64,000 nucleotides of DNA from contig JASEFU010000001.1 of NCBI GenBank assembly GCA_030018455.1, forward strand, positions 61,545 through 125,544. Reading direction: 5' to 3'. The first letter of the stretch is position 1. Each line of letters starts with the position of its first letter. The notes under the pieces are model-generated. The model had not been told where the DNA came from, made no database searches, and saw only the letters and a program-made list of their open reading frames with translations. Position numbers and translations under genes: made by a program. The stretch comes from Dehalococcoidia bacterium (GTDB taxonomy: Bacteria > Chloroflexota > Dehalococcoidia > DSTF01 > JALHUB01). This document shows, piece by piece, positions 37,654 to 44,866 of the stretch.

Positions 37654-39094
37654 CGGGAAAACCGAGGTCGATAATATTGCCCTTGATGGCGCCGCCGCAG
37701 TCCGCGGCTACCCCAAAGCCGTAGCCGGGAATGTACATGCGTGTTCCATATGGTATCACGGTCGGGTCGACGGCCACAACGCCGATGGTGACGGGGACGC
37801 CGGTGCTGGTGATTCCGTACCCTGGCGAGGAGCGGGGCTTCCCCGCCGACGCAGGGTTGTACCACGTAGCGTATACCCGCATGACCTGCACAACGTTCAG
37901 GCCATCGGGCACGGAAACGGCGGCAGCGGCGACCGCGCTTCGGGTCGAGTAGTACACGACAGCGTCCACCGGCTCTTTCTCCACCCACTCGCGGCTCAGC
38001 GTCCTCGCCACTTCAACGCCGTTCTCGTATGTCACATCGTACTCTCTGGCGAGGATGCCCGGCTCGCCGTCGACCTCCCGCACCTTACCCCAGGGCAGGT
38101 CGGGGTCGGCGCGCGCCACGGTGTCGTACGGGATGTCCTCCCACTCGACCAGCTTGTCGACGTCGACGGCGAAGACCTGGACCGTCATCCCGTCTACCAC
38201 CGCTTCGTCCCGCCCCGGCTCGACGCGGTCCATCGCTCCCAGTTCGATTCCCGCCTCTTCGAGCGCGTCCCCGACGACGGGTTGGTGCGTGTAGACGGTC
38301 CTCTCGCCGTCCGGCAGCAACACGTTCAACTTCTCGGCATGGGTGACGTGCACGGACATCCCGGCGACGAGCGGCGTATCGAGATCGGGGACGACGCGGT
38401 CACCAGGGCGGATGAGGACGCCGCCCTCCTTTAGCGCCAGAGACAGGTTCAGCTCGCTGGAACGCAGATGAAGCGTATGGCCGTCCTCGATGACCGTGAA
38501 CGATACTGCCCGGCGCAGGGACAGCGAAAGCGGCGCTTTGGGGCTGGCAACAGCGGGGAAGCTGCCGATCCCCCGCGAGCGGTATACCATGAGCATCCTG
38601 CCGGCGGCGAGCGAATCGTCCGGACTGACACGCACGTCGTTCACGAAAACGCTGTCGGCGTCCGCGATGCGCACCCCGATCTCCGCCAGGGCCTCCCCCA
38701 CCGTCTTCGCCGTAGTTCTCCAGTAGACGAGGCGACCATCGACCTCGGCGATCACGGGGACCGCGCGCTCGACAGTCACGATCTCGTCGCCCCGCCTGCT
38801 CTGCCGGTGAGTTACGACGTCGCCTTGCGACAGGGTGACGCCGGCCGAGCGGAGGAGAGCCGCCTCCGACCGCAGATGAGTGGCCACAGTCCGCTCGGTC
38901 CCGTCCGCCACAACTACGAAACGGCGGGCAGGGAGAAGCAGAAGGGCTACGGCAGCTATGAGCGCGAGCGCTGAGAGAAAAGCTACGTGTGAGCCGTGGA
39001 TTAAGAGTCTTGCTTCCGGTGTTTGGTGAGTCCCGGCCTGCCACCCTGCCGGAACCCTGCTACGCATTCGCGCTCCGTTGCTTTTCTCGGGCAA
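37595..39094 (-). CDS. YabE-like protein: N-terminal TM anchor, DUF348 repeats, G5 domain and C-terminal 3D (MltA-like) domain
   Basis: TTG start after AGGGAGG. TM helix (VAFLSALALIAAVALLLL), repeated ~40-aa modules (…VTLSQGDVV…, …VRIADADSV…, …VLIRPGDRV…), a G5-like segment, and C-terminal …YATWYNP…G…TSTGVP…GVVAVDPTVIPYGTRMYIPGYG…DCGGAIKGNIIDL (3D domain). Sits upstream of ksgA as in Bacillus yabE-ksgA. Confidence 0.7.
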   Translation of the reverse strand: MPEKSNGARMRSRVPAGWQAGTHQTPEARLLIHGSHVAFLSALALIAAVALLLLPARRFVVVADGTERTVATHLRSEAALLRSAGVTLSQGDVVTHRQSRRGDEIVTVERAVPVIAEVDGRLVYWRTTAKTVGEALAEIGVRIADADSVFVNDVRVSPDDSLAAGRMLMVYRSRGIGSFPAVASPKAPLSLSLRRAVSFTVIEDGHTLHLRSSELNLSLALKEGGVLIRPGDRVVPDLDTPLVAGMSVHVTHAEKLNVLLPDGERTVYTHQPVVGDALEEAGIELGAMDRVEPGRDEAVVDGMTVQVFAVDVDKLVEWEDIPYDTVARADPDLPWGKVREVDGEPGILAREYDVTYENGVEVARTLSREWVEKEPVDAVVYYSTRSAVAAAAVSVPDGLNVVQVMRVYATWYNPASAGKPRSSPGYGITSTGVPVTIGVVAVDPTVIPYGTRMYIPGYGFGVAADCGGAIKGNIIDLGFPDGVTPNWTSRWVDIYILGP

Positions 39095-39131
39095 ACAACC
39101 TCCCTGTTAAAGGCGGAGCAGGGCATATAAT

Positions 39132-39407
39132 CGCGGCCGTGCACCCGCTGTCGATCTGGCCCGCAGGCTTCACACCGCTCGCTAGCTCAAACCCGGTTGC
39201 CCTGCGGCACCCGAAGACCGCTACTTACCGCTGCTTCCTTCCGGACCTGACGGGGTTCATAGGGTTTCGCTGCGTAGGACCAGGTCGTCAACACTGCGCT
39301 GCGGCGCTCAGTCCCGCGAACTTAAGACCTCGAGCGGGAGTTCAACCCCGCTATAGCGGCTTGCGGGTTCAGGGCACCGCTAGCTCCCCGTCTAGCACGA
39401 CCGCGCG
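39132..39407 (-). ncRNA. ffs: signal recognition particle RNA, long (Bacillus-type, Alu-domain-containing) form
   Basis: Minus-strand reading contains …GTGCTAGACGGGGAGCTAGCGGTGCCCTGAACC… (Alu-domain 5' region). It also has the universally conserved domain IV …CCCGTCAGGTCCGGAAGGAAGCAGCGGTAAG…GTGCCGCAGGG… The 5' CGCGGTCGTGC pairs with the 3' GCACGGCCGCG. Total length is about 275 nt. Ends are approximate (±10 nt). Confidence 0.85.
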
Positions 39408-39409
39408 AA

Positions 39410-39454
39410 ATACTAACACGGCGCTTTGGCCTAATGTCAATCCTTTTTTGTCAA
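39410..39454 (-). promoter_or_regulatory. sigma70-type promoter for SRP RNA (tandem TTGACA -35 boxes, TAGTAT -10)
   Basis: Minus-strand reading gives TTGACAAAAAAGGATTGACATTAGGCCAAAGCGCCGTGTTAGTATTTCGCGCGG. The -10 TAGTAT lies about 7 nt upstream of the inferred SRP RNA 5' end, with an A-rich UP-like stretch. Confidence 0.5.
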
Positions 39455-39712
39455 GTAATGAACAAAAACCTTGCTATCCAAAGCTGTAAACACGTCCACT
39501 TCATTATACCAGAAGCGCGCAAACGCTGTTCTCGCCCTCTCCTCCGAATGGCCGCCCGGTCGCTGAGCCACCCATGCGCCGGCCGCCTGTAGAGCCTCTC
39601 GCCGCCCCGGCGACGGGAACGCGACGCCTGCCTCTCTCGGCTTCGACTGCTTGCCGGGCGCTTAGACAGCATCGTAGAATTAGGCAAATCTGTCATTCAG
39701 GCGAGAGCTTTC

Positions 39713-40576
39713 GTGGAAATCCGCAAAGGCGTCATTCTCTGCGCCGGTCACGGCACCAGGCTCCTTCCCGCCAGCAAGGCCCAGCCGAAGGAGACCTTTC
39801 CCCTCGTCGACCGGCCAATCATCCACTACGTCGTGCAGGAGGCGCTCGATTCCGGCCTCGAACAGATAATCATGGTCACTTCTGCCGCCAAACGCGCCCT
39901 TGAAGACTACTTCGACCGCGCGCCCGCCCTCGAAAAGGCGCTGGAGGAAAAGGGCGACGCCGAACGGCTGCGCGCCGTCGTCGACGCGGCGGAGATGGCG
40001 GACCTAGTCTTCCTGCGGCAGAAGGAACAGAAGGGCATCGGGCATGCGGTCTCGCTCACTGAACAGATCATCTGCGACGAGCCCTTCGTCCTCTTCTTCC
40101 CCGACGACGTCATCCTGGCCAGGACCCCGGTGACCCGCCAGCTTATCGACGTTTACGAGCGCTACGGCGGCCCTGTGCTCGCCGTGCAGCGCGTGCCCGA
40201 GGCCGAGGTGGAAAGCTACGGCGTGATCGACGGCGAACGCGCGGGCGAACGCGTTTTCCGCGTGCGCGGCCTCATCGAGAAGCCGAAGGCAGGCGAGGCG
40301 CCGTCCAATCTGGGGATAGTGGGACGCTACGTGTTGACGCCGCACATCTTCGGCGCGCTGAGGCGCACGTCTCCCGGCATTGGCGGCGAGCTGCAGATCA
40401 CGGACGCCATCGCCAACATGCTGGCGCAGCAGCCCGTGTTCGCCTGCGAGTTCGAGGGAAAACGCTTCGACACCGGTCGGCCGCTGGGACTCCTCCAGGC
40501 GTCCATCGAAATCGGACTGCTGCACCCCGAAATCGGCCCGCAACTCCGGCAGTACCTGCGCGATCTGAAGCCATGA
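39713..40576 (+). CDS. galU: UTP--glucose-1-phosphate uridylyltransferase
   Basis: RKGVILCAGHGTRLLPASKAQPKETFPLVDRPIIHYVVQEA… (G-x-G-T-R-x-L-P nucleotidyltransferase motif), …EQKGIGHAV…, …FVLFFPDDVI… 287 aa. Confidence 0.85.
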   Translation: MEIRKGVILCAGHGTRLLPASKAQPKETFPLVDRPIIHYVVQEALDSGLEQIIMVTSAAKRALEDYFDRAPALEKALEEKGDAERLRAVVDAAEMADLVFLRQKEQKGIGHAVSLTEQIICDEPFVLFFPDDVILARTPVTRQLIDVYERYGGPVLAVQRVPEAEVESYGVIDGERAGERVFRVRGLIEKPKAGEAPSNLGIVGRYVLTPHIFGALRRTSPGIGGELQITDAIANMLAQQPVFACEFEGKRFDTGRPLGLLQASIEIGLLHPEIGPQLRQYLRDLKP

Positions 40577-40604
40577 CCGCGCGCTTCACGAAAGGTTCGA
40601 CACC

Positions 40605-41981
40605 ATGAGAGTCCTCTCCCTGGGCTTTGCCCTGCCGAACCCCAGCATCGATAACTACAGCTTCGCCAGCGCGCCCTCTTTCTTCGACTACGACGCCCTT
40701 GTCGTCGACCCCGCCGCTCTCTCCCGGCTGATCGAGGAGATAGCGGACCAGGCCGCGGAGCATGCGAGCAACGCCGGCGAGCCGCTGGTCAACGGCGCTA
40801 CCAGCCCTGTCGCCGTTGGCCTCGCGGACATGCTGCGACGCCGTCAGACGGAGACGGTGCGCCTGCTCTCTAAGGGCGGCGCTATCGTCTGCTTCGCCTA
40901 CCCGGATGTCTACCATCACCGCGTCGTCGGCTTCACCGGCTGCGACCGCTACTACTGGCTGCCCGCTCCCCCGGGGCTGCAGTACCGGGAGCCGCACCTG
41001 CTGCCGGGCGATGGTACCAGCGTCATCCCGACCGATCACGAGCACCCGTTCGCCGCCTACATCGACGCGTTCCGTGACCGCCTCGCCTATCGCGCCTACT
41101 TCAGCGACGCCATCCCCGGCTTCGACGGCTTCGGCCGGGTGTTTGCCCGCAGCGCCGGCGGCGCGGCCGTGGGTGTCGAGCTGCGGGTTGAGGCGGGACG
41201 GATAGTCTTCCTGCCGCCGGTCGCCGAGCCGGGCCGGGGCGCCGAGCGCCACCCGCTGGCAGAGACAATCGTCAATTGCCTGCGGCGCCTGCTCGCCCTC
41301 ACAGCGGAGGAGTCGCCGCCGCGCTGGGTGCGCGACCACACGCTGCCCGGCCTGCCGGAGCTCGAAGCCGAGCGCTCGGCGGCGCAAGAGGCGCTTTCGG
41401 GAGCATACGCGCGACTACAGGAGACCGAAGCGCGATTGAGCGATGTCGAGAAACACCGTCGCCTGCTATGGCAGGAAGGCAAGTTCGGGCTGGAGACCGC
41501 CGTTCGCGACGCCTTCGCGCTGCTCGGCTTCCAGGTGACCAAGGACATCGACGAACAGGGAGCCGTCTACATGGCGGGCGAGAAGCTCCTGCTCGAAGTC
41601 GAAGGCTCGCCGGAGGCCGTGGGAATGGAGCCCCACTACCGCCTGCGACGCCGTCTGGAGCAGGCCATAGCGGAGACCGGACGCCCGCAGAAAGGGCTCA
41701 TCGTAGTGAACGGCTTCCGACTCGCCCCGCCGGGGGAGCGCCCGCCGCAGTACTCCGACGCCCTGCGGGTCGCCGCCGAAAGCATGCACTACTGCCTCCT
41801 CGCTTCAACCGACCTGTTCGCCGTTGTGAAAAGGCATCTGGAGGGTGACGCGTCGGCGGCGAAGTCGTTGCGCGAACTGCTCCTCTTGTGCGAGGGGGCG
41901 CTATCGCTGGAGGACGGGAGTGAGGTCAAGCCCGGTGAAACGACGGAGCCGGAAGCCCCGCAACCCAAACATGAACGTTAA
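40605..41981 (+). CDS. uncharacterised 458-aa protein (N-terminal alpha/beta domain, central coiled coil, C-terminal alpha/beta domain)
   Basis: No signal peptide or TM. Coiled-coil segment …LPELEAERSAAQEALSGAYARLQETEARLSDVEKHRRL… The C-terminal alternating pattern (…EKLLLEVEGSPE…KGLIVVNGFRL…YCLLASTDLF…) is nuclease-fold-like, but this is inference only. 28 nt after galU, 12 nt before the next gene. Confidence 0.5.
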   Translation: MRVLSLGFALPNPSIDNYSFASAPSFFDYDALVVDPAALSRLIEEIADQAAEHASNAGEPLVNGATSPVAVGLADMLRRRQTETVRLLSKGGAIVCFAYPDVYHHRVVGFTGCDRYYWLPAPPGLQYREPHLLPGDGTSVIPTDHEHPFAAYIDAFRDRLAYRAYFSDAIPGFDGFGRVFARSAGGAAVGVELRVEAGRIVFLPPVAEPGRGAERHPLAETIVNCLRRLLALTAEESPPRWVRDHTLPGLPELEAERSAAQEALSGAYARLQETEARLSDVEKHRRLLWQEGKFGLETAVRDAFALLGFQVTKDIDEQGAVYMAGEKLLLEVEGSPEAVGMEPHYRLRRRLEQAIAETGRPQKGLIVVNGFRLAPPGERPPQYSDALRVAAESMHYCLLASTDLFAVVKRHLEGDASAAKSLRELLLLCEGALSLEDGSEVKPGETTEPEAPQPKHER

Positions 41982-41993
41982 GAAGGAGGACGA

Positions 41994-42807
41994 CGTGGCT
42001 ACAGCGAGGGAGAACGCGAAGGACTGGGCGCTCATTTTGGGGGCATCGAGCGGCTTCGGGGCCGCCACCGCCCTCGAACTTGCACGCAGCGGGATGAACG
42101 TCTTCGGCGTCCACCTCGACCTCCGTTCTACCCTGCCCAACGCCCAGCGCGTCGTCGCCGAAATCGAGGGCATGGGCCGCAGGGCCGTCTTCTTCAACAC
42201 CAACGCCGCCGACGCCGAAAAGCGCGCCGCCGTGCTGGAATCCGTCCGCGAGACGCTGAGCGCCCAAGGCCCCGATGCATCCGTGCGCGTCTTCCTGCAC
42301 TCGCTCGCCTTCGGCACACTCGTCCCCTTCGTCGCCGACGACCCGAAGGCGCGCGTCTCCCAGCGCCAGCTCGAGATGACGCTCGACGTAATGGCCAGCG
42401 CCCTCGTCTACTGGGTGCAGGACCTGGTGGCGATGAAGCTGATGCGAGCGGGCGGACGCGTCTTCGCCATGACCAGCTCCGGCTCGACCCGCGTAATCAG
42501 GAACTACGGCCCCGTGTCGGCGGCGAAGGCAGCGCTCGAATCATACGTCCGTCAGCTTGCCTACGAGCTGGCGCCGCTCGGCATCACCGTCAACGCTATC
42601 CGCGCCGGCATCACCGACACGCCGGCGCTGCGCAAGATACCGGGCGGCATGGAACTACTCGAGCGGGCGCAGCGCCAGAACCCCAGCGGCCGCGCGACAA
42701 CGCCCGAGGACGCCGCCCGGGCCATCGCCGCCCTCTGCGACCCCCGGACGCAGTGGATAACGGGCAACGTCATCGGCGTGGACGGCGGCGAAGACCTGAC
42801 GGCGTAG
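41994..42807 (+). CDS. SDR-family oxidoreductase, enoyl-ACP-reductase-like (FabI/FabL-type Y-x6-K active site)
   Basis: GTG start 5 nt after AAGGAGGA. …ALILGASSGFGAATA… (dinucleotide-binding) and …YGPVSAAKAALES… (Tyr-x6-Lys, as in FabI/FabL rather than the classical SDR YxxxK). Confidence 0.7.
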
Positions 42808-42810
42808 CCC

Positions 42811-43488
42811 ATGACGGCCCCCAGAGCATGGCTGGCATGGAGCAGCGGGAAAGATAGCGCCTGGGCTTTGCGCGTCGCGCGGCAGGCCGGTGAGCTCGAT
42901 GTGGTCGCCCTTCTCACCACTGTGACGGACGACCACCGGCGCGTCTCCATGCACGGCGTGCGCGAAACGCTGCTCCACGCTCAAGCCGGGGCCCTGGGGC
43001 TGCCTCTCCACGTTGTCCGCATCCCCGCGCCTTGCCCGCAAGAAGTGTACGACGACGCCATGCGCCACGTCCTGCGGGATGCGCGGGAGGAAGGGGTCAC
43101 GCACGTCGTCTTCGGCGACCTGTTCCTGGCCGATGTCCGCGCCCACCGCGAGGAGCGCTTGGCAGAGGTGGGGATGGCCGCCTGCTTCCCTCTCTGGCAG
43201 CGGGACAGCGCAGCGCTCGCGCGCGAGATCATCGCCGATGGTACGAAGAGCGTAGTCGTCTGCGTCGACCCGGCGAAGGCGCCGCGGGAGATCGCGGGCA
43301 GGGCCTACGACGAGGAACTCCTCGCCTCGCTGCCCGCATCCGTCGACCCGTGCGGCGAGAACGGCGAATTCCACACCTTTGTGTGGGACTGCCCATCGTT
43401 CGCGCGGCCTGTCGCCGTCCGCGTCGGCGAAACGGTGGAGCGCGACGGCTTCCTGTTCACGGATTTGCTGCCCGCGCCACAGCGCTGA
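42811..43488 (+). CDS. PP-loop ATP pyrophosphatase, Dph6/MJ0570-like (DUF71) family
   Basis: …AWLAWSSGKDSAWAL… (SGGxDS-type PP-loop) and …CGENGEFHTFVWDCP… (the EnGEYHT signature of diphthine-ammonia-ligase-like N-type ATP PPases). 225 aa, 3 nt after the SDR gene. Confidence 0.7.
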   Translation: MTAPRAWLAWSSGKDSAWALRVARQAGELDVVALLTTVTDDHRRVSMHGVRETLLHAQAGALGLPLHVVRIPAPCPQEVYDDAMRHVLRDAREEGVTHVVFGDLFLADVRAHREERLAEVGMAACFPLWQRDSAALAREIIADGTKSVVVCVDPAKAPREIAGRAYDEELLASLPASVDPCGENGEFHTFVWDCPSFARPVAVRVGETVERDGFLFTDLLPAPQR

Positions 43489-44764
43489 CTTCCCGGCCGT
43501 TGAACGGTCGCTGGTCGCCCGGGCGCTCCTTGACAAGGGCGAGGAACAGCAGCGCCGCCAGGAACCTCCCCCCGCTCGATACGATGAACACCAGCGGCAG
43601 GTTCCACAACTCGCCGATAAGGCCGCCGAGGAGCGGCCCCGCAAACGCTGAGCTGAACACCATCGACTGGTAGACCGCCGAGTAGAATGCGCGCTTCCCG
43701 CTCGGAGAGATGTAGAGGAGCAGGCTGAAAGCGCCGAGGTTGAAGCCTGCCCACAGCGCTCCCCCTACGCCGTTGATGAAGATCACGTGCCAGGGGGCGG
43801 TCGCTGCGACCCACGCCAGGGGAAGGAACGGGATCGCCAGGCCGGTTACGGCCATCAGCCACCGCGACCCGCGCTCGTCGAGGAGACGGCCCGCTATCGG
43901 CTGTCCCGCCAGCGCCGAGACGGAGTTGATCGCCGAAAGCCCTCCTACCCAAGCGGCGTTGCCCCCCATGTTCTTGACGAGATGAACGTTGAAAAAGGGG
44001 GCCGCCACATACAGCGCAAGGTTCCAGATGAAGGTGACGGCGCAGAAGGTAACGAAGTTCTTGTCGCTCAGGAGGCCGCCCCTCGTCTGTCCGTCCCCCT
44101 CCCGCTGGCGGATCGTCCGTTCGATGTCCTGGTCCGGTATCCGGGAGTAGAAGGCTGTCGCCAGGAGGCCGGCGACCAGCGCCAGCGCCCAGGCGGACTG
44201 CCATCCTTCGGGGAAACCGACGCGATTGATCATGAGCCCCGCCAGGGGCGCCCCTATCAGCGCGCCCACGCCCATGCCGAAATTGCGCGACGAGAAGAAC
44301 CGCCCCCGCACCGAGAGCGGCACTATGTCGGCGGAGAGCGAAGTCCAGGCGGGAATGCCCAGGTTGACAAAGAAGATGCGCGCCGCCCCCAACCCCATTA
44401 TCGCGTAAACGACCTCTTTCCCCTGGGAGAAGAAGGGCAGCACCGCCAGTCCTAGCAGCATCATTCGGGCCATGCCCCCTCCCGTGAGGAGGACGAGCAG
44501 CTTGCGACGCCCCCAGCGCTCCGCCAGCCGCGCGCCGGGAAGCAGCGCCACGGCGCCCGACAGGCTCACCAGCGCCGCAAGGTAGCCGATCTGGGAGTCG
44601 GAGGCGCCGAATGCGAGAGCGTAGACCGCGAGGTACTGGACGACGATCCACTCGCTGAACCAGGCAAAGAAGCCGTCGAACCAGAAGGCGCGCATCCCCC
44701 TTTCCTGCGCGGCCGTCGGCTCGTCCGGCGAAGGACGCGGAAGATCGGCTGTGAGGTCATTCAT
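43457..44764 (-). CDS. MFS transporter (12 TM)
   Basis: 12 hydrophobic segments, MFS motif A-like …LAERWGRRKLL… 435 aa. Convergent overlap with the preceding gene. Confidence 0.8.
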   Translation of the reverse strand: MNDLTADLPRPSPDEPTAAQERGMRAFWFDGFFAWFSEWIVVQYLAVYALAFGASDSQIGYLAALVSLSGAVALLPGARLAERWGRRKLLVLLTGGGMARMMLLGLAVLPFFSQGKEVVYAIMGLGAARIFFVNLGIPAWTSLSADIVPLSVRGRFFSSRNFGMGVGALIGAPLAGLMINRVGFPEGWQSAWALALVAGLLATAFYSRIPDQDIERTIRQREGDGQTRGGLLSDKNFVTFCAVTFIWNLALYVAAPFFNVHLVKNMGGNAAWVGGLSAINSVSALAGQPIAGRLLDERGSRWLMAVTGLAIPFLPLAWVAATAPWHVIFINGVGGALWAGFNLGAFSLLLYISPSGKRAFYSAVYQSMVFSSAFAGPLLGGLIGELWNLPLVFIVSSGGRFLAALLFLALVKERPGDQRPFNGREVSAVARAANP

Positions 44765-44866
44765 CGGGGCGGCTCAGCGTGATCGTAGGGTAGCGTCGGG
44801 GCTGGAAGCAACATCCGAGGAGGAGCGAACCGGAAGCCGGCGCGACGAATGAGGAGGAGGACCGCC

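Noticed and set aside
43305-44651. 448-aa alternate-frame ORF over the MFS transporter
   Set aside because: Same strand but a different frame from a transporter with clear TM periodicity.
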